A stretch of 64,000 bases of DNA, from the IMG/VR virus record IMGVR_UViG_3300032087_006453, positions 6,004 to 70,003 of that record; one strand, written 5' to 3'. This stretch comes from a virus. A program made the position numbers and the translations under genes. How positions within the stretch are numbered: position 1 is the first letter of the stretch; each line of letters opens with the position of its first letter. The notes beneath the pieces were generated by a model. That model searched no databases. It saw only the letters and a program-made list of their open reading frames with translations, and was not told the DNA's origin. This document shows positions 18,360-26,832 of the stretch, in pieces.

Positions 18360-19162
18360 CTTTCTACCACGCTAATGATTTGAATTGGTGTTGCAATGTA
18401 CTCATTCCACAGTGAGGTTCTAACGTTACCGTCACAGGTGTCTAGTTCGTAGCAAATGTTATTGACATCTCTTCCGGGATACTCTAGTCTAAGTAGATTG
18501 CAGGCTCGCCTTCCGTTATCGACTGCTAACGATTTTACATCGCTTCTGAATCCTGCTCTGACGTTGCCCAAGAGTTTGACGATGAGATATGATTCCGGAT
18601 CGAAGTACTCACGTTCGGCAACTGTGAACGTTGAAATGTCAAACTCCCTACCTTCATCTATCGCACGCTCGATGTTCTCAAGTCCGGCCGGAGACGTGTA
18701 GTGCATCAGCTCTCTGACATTATTCAGAGATCCGTACATCTGAATTGTGTATGCATCGTCGAGAAGAACGAAGGGTTCCAGATCCCCTCTGCTGTAAAAG
18801 AAACCGAAGCGAAGAGTGTTGATGTCTGGGAAGAATCTTGAGTAGTCTTCCTGAAAGCTCCAGAACCTGTGATTAACAAAGTCCTCAACAAAGTCCAGCA
18901 CGTTCTTTCTCGTCAGTAACTCATATCGAGGAACCTCGACGTCTAGCTGGTACGAGAAGTATCGCCTAACCAGATTCTCAACTTCTTCGCCGGCGATCTC
19001 TCCACCTCGAGTATCCATACCAAGTTCTTGCAGTTCAAGCATCTGGTTTACAAAGTCTTCCCACTCGCTCAGCAGAAAGAATGAAGACTCAGGCTTAATG
19101 TAGCCTCTAACTTCGAACTGTTCGTGAAGAACTCCCTGTATGTATTCGCGCAGTAGTTTCAT
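18356..19162 (-). CDS. Leader-bearing protein, possible ADP-ribosyltransferase-like C-terminus
   Basis: MKLLREYIQGVLHE|Q; LMHYTS, ISTFT, WNEY. Confidence 0.5.
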   Translation of the reverse strand: MKLLREYIQGVLHEQFEVRGYIKPESSFFLLSEWEDFVNQMLELQELGMDTRGGEIAGEEVENLVRRYFSYQLDVEVPRYELLTRKNVLDFVEDFVNHRFWSFQEDYSRFFPDINTLRFGFFYSRGDLEPFVLLDDAYTIQMYGSLNNVRELMHYTSPAGLENIERAIDEGREFDISTFTVAEREYFDPESYLIVKLLGNVRAGFRSDVKSLAVDNGRRACNLLRLEYPGRDVNNICYELDTCDGNVRTSLWNEYIATPIQIISVVER

Positions 19163-19755
19163 TTTTCTACTAACCTTCCGGCAGAACGAAGCCGATCTAT
19201 CGTTGTTGGTTCTTTGGTGTATCTTCTGCTAGATGAAGAATCGAACCACTTGTCACCGGTCTTATCTCTCACAGACGATGCCTGCTTGCAATCATCGTCA
19301 GCTGTATCAGGAGTTAGCTGCGGACCATCAATTGGTTCTCCAACAAGCTTGTCGAGCTGGTGTGATTGAACATCGGGCCTGATATTCATGTAGTAGTCCC
19401 AAACTCTGCGAGCGTCTTGAGATACGCCGACCCTATCTGATGTGAGACCGCCGCCGTTCATCGTCGCATATTCGATTGCAACGTCGTAGAGAAGCGGTCC
19501 CCAACCTTTTCTGGCCTTTGCAAAATCCACTTGCCATGCATCGTCGCAATTGCCAGTCTTCTCAGTTGGTTTTGTGATGAAGACCCCTGTGCCGAAGTCG
19601 TCTGAACGGTTTCTTCCCGTGCTGTCGCTATAGTACACGGAGACGTCGTCAATGTCACTAGATATCGTAACATAGGCGTCATTAGCAACCAGGTCGTCAA
19701 CGTCCTTTGCTGCCTCTGATAGCAATTGTCTCACGTACTCGCGCAGTAAATTCAT
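19159..19755 (-). CDS. GNAT-like paralog 5 with leader
   Basis: MNLLREYVRQLLSE|A; RKGWGPLLYDVAIEYAT, SDRVGVSQDARRVWDYY. Confidence 0.7.
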   Translation of the reverse strand: MNLLREYVRQLLSEAAKDVDDLVANDAYVTISSDIDDVSVYYSDSTGRNRSDDFGTGVFITKPTEKTGNCDDAWQVDFAKARKGWGPLLYDVAIEYATMNGGGLTSDRVGVSQDARRVWDYYMNIRPDVQSHQLDKLVGEPIDGPQLTPDTADDDCKQASSVRDKTGDKWFDSSSSRRYTKEPTTIDRLRSAGRLVEK

Positions 19756-20450
19756 GAGCTAAACCTGAACCCCTTCCATGTGTCCTTGATCTCTGAGCTT
19801 TCTTCACCGGAAATCAAGCCTATCTTTTCAAAGTTCTTCAGGTAGTCGTCAACAATCTTGTTTATCGGCTCACCGGTTTTTGACGATACAGCTCTAAAGC
19901 CGACGTTGAAAGCAGGAACTTCGCAAGCCGATGTGAAGTAATCGAAGTGGGAATCTCCGTCTCTTTCCGGAAGTTCTGGACAGCCGATACGCTTCATCGG
20001 TTCCGTTTGAGTGAAGTGATGCATCTCGTGAGCCAGCGTTTCCCTAACAGACGTTTCTATCGACTCGTAATTGTCCTCGAGGTCGATGCCTGGTCCAACC
20101 TCTACTTCAATCTCAATAAGGTTGAAGCCGCTCTCGTTTGCCGTTGCGCCTCCGCTAACGTTGACTGGGCCGGAAAGGTCTGGCACGTTTCTCCTTACCG
20201 TAACCTCTACAAAAAAGATCTCCGAATACTCTCCGTCGTAAACCTCCGGATCAACGGGGTACGGCCAAGAGTAATCGAACTCCATGGTTCGAATGTCAGA
20301 GCCAGAGTTTCTTGCATCAAAAATGAAACCCAGAACATCCTGATCAACCATGTCAACAGCATCGTTGTAGAAGAAGTTTTCATCAGCGAGATCGATGCTC
20401 TCTCTCAGGGTTCTTCTATTGATAATAGGAGGATACTTATAATGGAACAC
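19752..20450 (-). CDS. Zincin-like metallopeptidase with leader
   Basis: RRTLRE|S; LAHEMHHFTQ (HExxH), YF...EVPA; start uncertain. Confidence 0.6.
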   Translation of the reverse strand: MFHYKYPPIINRRTLRESIDLADENFFYNDAVDMVDQDVLGFIFDARNSGSDIRTMEFDYSWPYPVDPEVYDGEYSEIFFVEVTVRRNVPDLSGPVNVSGGATANESGFNLIEIEVEVGPGIDLEDNYESIETSVRETLAHEMHHFTQTEPMKRIGCPELPERDGDSHFDYFTSACEVPAFNVGFRAVSSKTGEPINKIVDDYLKNFEKIGLISGEESSEIKDTWKGFRFSS

Positions 20451-20500
20451 GAACTTACCTTTGGTTTGTTCATAAATATACTAGAAAAACAGGAGTTATC

Positions 20501-20899
20501 ATGTCTCTTAAATGGCCTGAGGCTGGTATCAAGTCGGTTGGCGAATATCAGGTTTCAGCAATTCCATTCGTCACCTCGAGTACGCTAGCCGCGGCTGAAA
20601 CCAGAGAGGTGAGCTTCCCGAGGTTTACGAAGTTTATCATCGTCAGAAACCAGGATTCTGCGGATACGATGCAGGTTGGGTTTACTCTAAACGGAGTTCA
20701 AGCAAACCCACCGGCAAACACAAACTTCATCAAGCTTGCGGCTGGTGAAAGTGTCTCTGCTGATCTCAGAATCAAGTCACTGTTCCTCAGCTCCAGCGAT
20801 GGAACACCTGACTTCGAGGTCTTTGCAGGACTGACCGACATTAAGGCAAACCAGTTCATTACGCTAACGGGCTCAAACGGCTTCAGCGGCGTCGGCTAA
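20501..20899 (+). CDS. Probable virion structural beta-sandwich protein
   Basis: AGGAG RBS; VGEYQVSAIPFVT, FPRFTKFIIV, AGLTDI; ATACTTAT motif upstream. Confidence 0.55.
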   Translation: MSLKWPEAGIKSVGEYQVSAIPFVTSSTLAAAETREVSFPRFTKFIIVRNQDSADTMQVGFTLNGVQANPPANTNFIKLAAGESVSADLRIKSLFLSSSDGTPDFEVFAGLTDIKANQFITLTGSNGFSGVG

Positions 20900-21714
20900 T
20901 GGCAAACGGAATAAGCGGTTACGGTCTTCAGGTTGGGGGAACAGGGATTTCCTCAACGGCTGGAAGCGTTGGGTCGGGAATTAGATCGCCCATAATTTCA
21001 GCTTCCGATTTCTCACAAAGGCTGATCCCTAGAGAAGGTTTGGTTTTCTGGTGCATGAGCGACAACAGCTCAAGGTCCAGACCTGGTGTGAAGGATAACA
21101 ATAACCGCGTCAGCTTGATTCGAGACTTTTCGAGAAGGGGAAACCACCTTCGACAATCAGCAAATGGAAGAAAGCCGACATCCGTAACTTACAACGAACA
21201 GAAAACGTTTTACTTTGACGGCTCTGACATCTCTTCTTCGTCTGGAGACTCGCAGTTCGATTTTGGAACAGGGGACTTCACGATCGTTTTGGCAGCATAC
21301 GCAACCGTTCAGTCTGGAGGCAGGGCGGTTCTGACAAACCGGTCTTCAATAAGTGCGTCAGGTTTCATGGTCGGTCGGTTCAACCAGAAGTGGAGGTTTG
21401 ACACGAAGGACTCCGGTGGAACGTCTGCAATCAACACAAGTTCAAATCATAGCTCAAACTGGAATGTTGTGTTTGCTAGAAGGTCTGGAACGAGCATGGT
21501 CCTGCAAGTTTGGACGGATGGCTCGCTTGCTGAAGAAGTCACCTCGACTAAGACGGCTAGAAACGTGGACGGAGTTCAGCTTTCAATGGGAGCACCGCTC
21601 GACCGAAACAACGACTACACTGGCGGCGTTTCCGAAGCCTACGTGTACAACAAAGCTCTATCGGCAACAGAGCAGAACAGAATACTTACATACATGGCTG
21701 CAAAGTTCAGCTAG
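20899..21714 (+). CDS. LamG/concanavalin A-like lectin domain protein
   Basis: FYFDG, FDFGTGDFTI, WNVV, YTGGVSEAYVYNKALSATE. Confidence 0.75.
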   Translation: MANGISGYGLQVGGTGISSTAGSVGSGIRSPIISASDFSQRLIPREGLVFWCMSDNSSRSRPGVKDNNNRVSLIRDFSRRGNHLRQSANGRKPTSVTYNEQKTFYFDGSDISSSSGDSQFDFGTGDFTIVLAAYATVQSGGRAVLTNRSSISASGFMVGRFNQKWRFDTKDSGGTSAINTSSNHSSNWNVVFARRSGTSMVLQVWTDGSLAEEVTSTKTARNVDGVQLSMGAPLDRNNDYTGGVSEAYVYNKALSATEQNRILTYMAAKFS

Positions 21715-21724
21715 GGGATTGACG

Positions 21725-22177
21725 ATGAAAATCACAAAGAGACAACTCAGAACCATTATCAGAGAAGCTGTGCAAGAAGCTCAGCAGCCAATGATGTCTC
21801 GAAAGCAGATCATCACGAAGCTATTTGAGGATCTGAAGTCTGATCTCGGAGACAGAGGCATTCCCGTTGAGGGAAGGATTACGCCAACGGGCACCCAGCC
21901 GAGTTTTGACGTGACTGCGTACGTACGTTCCGTCGTCCCTACAGGAATGAGCCAGCTTGAAGAAATCGCGCAGGTTCTCGAAAGTGTCTTTAGAAAAAAC
22001 GGTGTCCAAGTCTCGGCTAACATGGTGAGCGATAACCGAGCAATCTTCGATACCGAAGATTTCTTTGGAAGCATGTCTCTTGGTAAGCAGGGCGCATTTA
22101 GGGGCAAGACTGTTGTTTACTTCACCGTGAGGATGGAGCCTTCAGGATTACGGCCAGAGAAGTACACGATGTCGTAG
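21725..22177 (+). CDS. Leader-bearing protein
   Basis: MKITKRQLRTIIRE|A; start moved from 21353, which overlaps the LamG gene. Confidence 0.65.
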   Translation: MKITKRQLRTIIREAVQEAQQPMMSRKQIITKLFEDLKSDLGDRGIPVEGRITPTGTQPSFDVTAYVRSVVPTGMSQLEEIAQVLESVFRKNGVQVSANMVSDNRAIFDTEDFFGSMSLGKQGAFRGKTVVYFTVRMEPSGLRPEKYTMS

Positions 22178-22186
22178 CGTAGAACT

Positions 22187-22705
22187 TTAGCTCATGTATT
22201 CCTGCCATGGACCTTCACACTCACCGGTTAGTTTGAGATACCTTTCGTAGGTCAAGGGCTTGGGATCCTTAGAAAGGCTGAGGCTTGTTTCATGCAATAG
22301 CCTGTCGCCCTTTTGCTGGTTGCACTTCTTGCAGGCTGTGACAAGGTTTTGCCACGAATATCCTCCGCCCTTGCTCTTCGGAACAACATGGTCTAGCGTT
22401 GATGTTGATCGAGTCAGAGCAATACCGCAGTACTGACACTTGCCTTCGTCTCTTGCAAAGATGTACTTTGGGCAGCAAGGAAGCTGACCCGTGTACTTCT
22501 TCATTACCCTGCGAAGCATGATGACAGAAGGAAGCTTGAACGACTGCCTAGCCGAACTTACATGGCGATCGTAAGTTTCGAGAACTATGACTCGGCCAAG
22601 CATTGAGTTGACCAGTGCTTCGGTCGATGAGACAATAGCTACAGGGCGGAACGCAGCGTCTAGCTTTAGTGCCCTGTAGCTTTCTAGTGTTGTTGCCATG
22701 CTCAT
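22187..22705 (-). CDS. HNH endonuclease (HNH_5 type)
   Basis: IFARDEGKCQYCG, TLDHVVPKSKGG..SWQNLVTACKKCNQQKG. Confidence 0.9.
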   Translation of the reverse strand: MSMATTLESYRALKLDAAFRPVAIVSSTEALVNSMLGRVIVLETYDRHVSSARQSFKLPSVIMLRRVMKKYTGQLPCCPKYIFARDEGKCQYCGIALTRSTSTLDHVVPKSKGGGYSWQNLVTACKKCNQQKGDRLLHETSLSLSKDPKPLTYERYLKLTGECEGPWQEYMS

Positions 22706-22713
22706 AACTACTC

Positions 22714-23637
22714 TCAGGATGCAAGGCTTGTCATCTCATTGCCAAAATCATCACGATATTTCATGAGTGCAAGCTCCTTCTTCTTGCACTCTAGAACAAC
22801 GTCGACGTCTAGACCGCAGTTGTCGAAAGGCTCGTAGTACCACTGACTGTGAGACACAGCGGATGCCTTTTCATCTTCGTACTTCTTGCGACTGTTGGAA
22901 TGATGGCAAACGGGCCGAACTGTTCCCCACGTGTTGGCAGCCATCTTGATTGCTTCCTCGTAGCCCTGATCCTGAGGTCCTAGACTGAAGTGATGGCTGT
23001 CGAAGACAATCGGGATTCCGGTGCGCTCGAAGATGCCCTTGTACAACATCAGTGTGCTGTAGCAGTTTGGCTTGTCATCGTTTTCAACGGTGAGACGACT
23101 TAGTACGGCAGGGCTTAGTAGCTGAATGTTCTTGCAGAAACGTTCCATAGCAGCGTCACGGTCGCCATACGCACCGCCGATATGAATGTTGATCTTGGCT
23201 TCACGGGTTCGAGGTGCACCGATGAAGTCCATGATCTTTCCATGAATCTCCAGATCCTTGACAGAGTTGTAAACAACCTTCTCGGTTGGAGAAGCCATGC
23301 AGTTGAACTGACCGGGATGAAACGACAGTCGATGATTGTGCTCACGAGCATAATCGCCAACCGCCCTTAGCGCTTTCTTGATCTCGTCAACACGAGGCAT
23401 GGTCTCGAGATCATACTCGCTTGCCCACGGAAACAGGTTTGAGCTGATGCGAAACACCTTGATGTCGTGTGCTTCGTTCCACTTTAGAATCTCGAGCAGG
23501 TCTCTAGAACTCTGCAGCCCGAGATTTGCCATATGCGCGACGCCCTTTTTCAAGAAAGTGCGTCTGATTGCAGTGCGATTAGCCTTGATGCCTTGACCAG
23601 TGAGTGTTTCGTTGATGCATGCGTAACCGAGCCTCAT
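22714..23637 (-). CDS. uvsE: UV damage endonuclease
   Basis: MRLGYACIN, FRISSNLFP, RLSFHPGQF, NIHIGG, LTVENDD, IVFDSHH, HHSN, VVLECKKKE. Confidence 0.92.
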   Translation of the reverse strand: MRLGYACINETLTGQGIKANRTAIRRTFLKKGVAHMANLGLQSSRDLLEILKWNEAHDIKVFRISSNLFPWASEYDLETMPRVDEIKKALRAVGDYAREHNHRLSFHPGQFNCMASPTEKVVYNSVKDLEIHGKIMDFIGAPRTREAKINIHIGGAYGDRDAAMERFCKNIQLLSPAVLSRLTVENDDKPNCYSTLMLYKGIFERTGIPIVFDSHHFSLGPQDQGYEEAIKMAANTWGTVRPVCHHSNSRKKYEDEKASAVSHSQWYYEPFDNCGLDVDVVLECKKKELALMKYRDDFGNEMTSLAS

Positions 23638-23661
23638 GTGTTTGCCTCCAAGCATATTAGT

Positions 23662-23690
23662 ATTATAGCATGCCAGCGCCGAATCTACAC
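23662..23690 (-). promoter_or_regulatory. Sigma70-like promoter for uvsE
   Basis: GTGTAG-N17-TATAAT with extended TG. Confidence 0.65.
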
Positions 23691-23694
23691 TAGA

Positions 23695-24585
23695 TCAAAA
23701 CAGCAGATCTCGCTTGTCTCCCCAATCTCGGTATGAGTCGGTTCGATCAAATATGGTTGTGTCGGTCAGACCAGGTTCTTTCCCAACATTCCACATCCAG
23801 TGATTCTCTTCCGGTCGATTCTTGGGAATGTACTTCCAAACCTTTGCATCGTAGTTTCCGACCGTAGGGAATGGAGGGAAGTTGTGCTTCTTTTCCATTT
23901 GAGCAAAAGCTAGAGGATCAGAATCTACGGAAGCAACCCCTAGTTCGCCTGCCTTGAGGTTTCTCGAAACTGCAATTGCGTGATGCTCTGAATCCTGCCA
24001 TCCAATCTGCAATGCTCGGCCTAGAACGCCGGTTGAAATGGCAAACCAAACGTGACCAGGATCCCCGTACGCCTCTCGGATGTTTTCGACGACTCGAACA
24101 GCACAGGCTGTGACAAGCTCATGTCGAAGTCCGAGTGGAATAAATGCAGCACCACGTTCCTCCGCCCACTTCTTTGCGTAGCTGTTAAGGTTTGGCATGG
24201 CAGCAATTCGAACGAATCGAACCTCTGCACCTCTCTCAATGCAGACCGCCTGATGATGCGAGATCTTCTTGGAGGCCGGCATGAACAGAACAACCTTCTT
24301 GTTGTAACGTCCAGCTGCTTCAACGATAGAAGGTCCTGCCAGACCGAAGCGAGGCTGAACGTATACGATCGTGTCTTCCTTCGTCGAAGCCATCAGCATG
24401 TCTGCAAATCGGCATTTCGATCCGACCATGTGATCATCGCGAACAACATTTACGCCTTCGTGCCGAGTGACAATCGGAAGTCCGTAAGGATCGATCCATC
24501 CTTCGGTCATTGCCAACCACTCTTCCTTTGATCGAAGCTGAAGGTCTTTGTTGATTCCATCAAGTACATGCTTATCGTGTGCCAT
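23695..24585 (-). CDS. PLP-dependent enzyme (fold type II) of the kind found in phage DNA hypermodification clusters
   Basis: VVRDDHMVGSKCRF (PLP Lys), PRFGLAG, AISTGVL, YDAKVW, WNVG; coupled to the transferase gene. Confidence 0.7.
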   Translation of the reverse strand: MAHDKHVLDGINKDLQLRSKEEWLAMTEGWIDPYGLPIVTRHEGVNVVRDDHMVGSKCRFADMLMASTKEDTIVYVQPRFGLAGPSIVEAAGRYNKKVVLFMPASKKISHHQAVCIERGAEVRFVRIAAMPNLNSYAKKWAEERGAAFIPLGLRHELVTACAVRVVENIREAYGDPGHVWFAISTGVLGRALQIGWQDSEHHAIAVSRNLKAGELGVASVDSDPLAFAQMEKKHNFPPFPTVGNYDAKVWKYIPKNRPEENHWMWNVGKEPGLTDTTIFDRTDSYRDWGDKRDLLF

Positions 24586-25671
24586 TTACCACTCCCACTT
24601 GCTTGTTCCCATCATCCACTTCTGCCGCCCCTTTGGATGGTTTGTAATGGATGAAGTATTCCAAATTGCTGTTCGATCCAAATGCTCGTAAGTCTTCTGC
24701 TTGTTGTCAGGAATGTAGTTCTCAACCCATCGGATGTAGTCACACATGACGTCCTCAAGGTCTCTTGGAGCACCACCTGTATCCCTAACAGCTGCTTCCA
24801 TTACGTAGTCATAGTAGAGATCCTTCTTGTATCGACCTAGCTTCTCGGCGAACAGGTCCATAGATTCCTTTGCGTTCTTACCATAATACATGTGCGACAA
24901 AGGATCTACAAGGTCTGGATAGTAATCTGCAAGATCTGCTGCCGTTGCAGTGAATTGGAAGTGGAATCGCTTCATCCCTCTTTCCTTGTTCCACTCACAC
25001 ATGAAGTCAACAACTTCTCGTATGTTAGCTCTGCGATTTTCCAGATCTCGAATCCCGAAGATGAATTCCCAAGTTGCATCGACAAGATCGAGCATGCACT
25101 CACTGATCCACAGTTTTCCTGGTGTCCTGTATTCAAAGCCAGACTTGTTCAGAGACTCCCATAGATGCTTGCTCGGAAACATTGGTATCTGGTTTCCGAT
25201 TGAGGTAAACATCGGAATGTCATCGTTGTGCTTCACCCATTCCGCCATTTCCTCGCACGTCTTTAACTTTGCCAACTCGGGGATGACTGTGTTTCGATAG
25301 CCATGATCTTCCTCGAAAGATGCTCCGCTTCCCGTGATTCTATGAAACATGAAGATCCATAGCCACTGTCGACATCCGGGCCAATGCTCATGCTGCCTGT
25401 CGTATGATTGGTTACGCTGCTGGTGCTCTTCCGTCCACTTGTAGTACTTTGGTGCGTTACTTCCAAACCAGAGATCCTGCAACATGTTCTGGAATCCGGC
25501 ATGCTTTCGCTCAACCGTATCGTAGATCGTTACGTTCTCGATCAAGTCGTCACCACAAGAACCAATGTACGGATTACCGCCAAGGTTCGAGTAGTTCTGG
25601 ACGTGCTTTGCCTTCTTGTAGTACTCTAGAAAATCGTAGTAGTACTCATTCAGTCTGATCTTGTCTTCCAT
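24586..25671 (-). CDS. Amino acid:DNA transferase (aGPT-Pplase2-like)
   Basis: IYDTVERKHAGF, HRITGSGASF..DHGYRN, FTSIGNQ, FHFQF, DLEDVMCDYIRW; family recognised from memory, not searched; start moved to 25671 (TAATG coupling). Confidence 0.65.
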   Translation of the reverse strand: MEDKIRLNEYYYDFLEYYKKAKHVQNYSNLGGNPYIGSCGDDLIENVTIYDTVERKHAGFQNMLQDLWFGSNAPKYYKWTEEHQQRNQSYDRQHEHWPGCRQWLWIFMFHRITGSGASFEEDHGYRNTVIPELAKLKTCEEMAEWVKHNDDIPMFTSIGNQIPMFPSKHLWESLNKSGFEYRTPGKLWISECMLDLVDATWEFIFGIRDLENRRANIREVVDFMCEWNKERGMKRFHFQFTATAADLADYYPDLVDPLSHMYYGKNAKESMDLFAEKLGRYKKDLYYDYVMEAAVRDTGGAPRDLEDVMCDYIRWVENYIPDNKQKTYEHLDRTAIWNTSSITNHPKGRQKWMMGTSKWEW

Positions 25672-26726
25672 TAAATGCTCCACTTGTAGTGTTCTGGCGA
25701 GATGTGCACCGATTGTGGTCGCTCCATGTACTGAAAGTCCAGCTCGCCTGAATCGTTCTTGAAATGATTTGGCCACTCAATGAATTCGTAATCCGGGTGA
25801 TCACAGAGCACCCGGGTGTGTTCGTTGAACTCATTCACAATCGCCGATCGCTGCTCCCAGGTTCCCCAATACGGCTGGCCCTTGTGATAACCAGTTTTCG
25901 GCAGCTTTCGACTAATGTTCTCGATAGGAATTGCAGCAACTACCTCAACCTGCTTGATTCCGTAAAGTGACTTGACTCGTCCAAGCTCATCGAAATATCT
26001 CCAAACTAGTTCACGCGTGGCTTCAAGGTGAGCTTCGGGTTCGTAGATGCGACAGATGTGGTGACGAATATCGATGTTTCCGAGGTAGGTTCTCAGCTTC
26101 TTGATCCGTGTTTCGTCATGAAACGGCTGAAGCCAGGTGTCGAAACCCTTTACGATTGCGCCGTTCAAAGTTTGCCCGTCGTTTCTTGACAGCGCAGCTT
26201 CCGGATGCCATGCAGAAAGGGAGTGCGAATCTCCAAACACAACAAAGTCTCGGCCAAGATGCTCTTGCCTGATTGTCTTAGCACGACTGCAGACCTCGTC
26301 AATCTTGTCAAAGTCCAAGTTCTTGAACGAATCAGGAACCCAAGGCTTCACACGAGTCTTGAGCAGAGTTCCGTACATCGGGCAATCGATGTCAAGAGAG
26401 AACAGTTCGCCTTCGAACCGCTCAAACATTCGGGCCTTTGCGGCGAGCTTGTCCCACGAAGAAAGCTTTGGATCCTTTCCGTCTGCAACTCTTTGCTTAT
26501 TTTCATCCGCAAGTTCTTGAAGCTGCTTCTCAGATGAAAGGAAGTAGTTGATGGACTTTGCCCCGACCTTCCATTCCATGCCGTGCTCTAGGTAAACGCG
26601 TTCCTCATTCGACCAATCAGAGTTGAAACCAACTTCTGTATCGAGACAATTGGCCCACATCCTGCCCCAACCGGTTCGATGCGAGTAAGCACGGTTTGCG
26701 TGGTTGTTAATCGGACTTATGATCAT
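25671..26726 (-). CDS. Protein with C-terminal SGNH/GDSL-like domain, first gene of the modification operon
   Basis: VFGDSHS, LGNIDIRHH, SVHISP. Confidence 0.55.
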   Translation of the reverse strand: MIISPINNHANRAYSHRTGWGRMWANCLDTEVGFNSDWSNEERVYLEHGMEWKVGAKSINYFLSSEKQLQELADENKQRVADGKDPKLSSWDKLAAKARMFERFEGELFSLDIDCPMYGTLLKTRVKPWVPDSFKNLDFDKIDEVCSRAKTIRQEHLGRDFVVFGDSHSLSAWHPEAALSRNDGQTLNGAIVKGFDTWLQPFHDETRIKKLRTYLGNIDIRHHICRIYEPEAHLEATRELVWRYFDELGRVKSLYGIKQVEVVAAIPIENISRKLPKTGYHKGQPYWGTWEQRSAIVNEFNEHTRVLCDHPDYEFIEWPNHFKNDSGELDFQYMERPQSVHISPEHYKWSI

Positions 26727-26832
26727 AGACCCTCCAAAAGAACTTGCTTGATTATATTGCGAGGTCTCGATTTGTATGCCAATTAGTTGAGTATTTTATT
26801 GTTTTTGGCAACTAAATATATGTGGAGATAAA

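Noticed and set aside
14108-19755. Diversity-generating retroelement driving paralog diversity
   Set aside because: No reverse transcriptase in the window and no template/variable repeat pair with A-specific mismatches was noticed.
22187-22705. HNH as a mobile homing endonuclease or intron
   Set aside because: Stand-alone HNH_5-type gene that interrupts nothing; the same holds for the GIY-YIG at 10381-10698.
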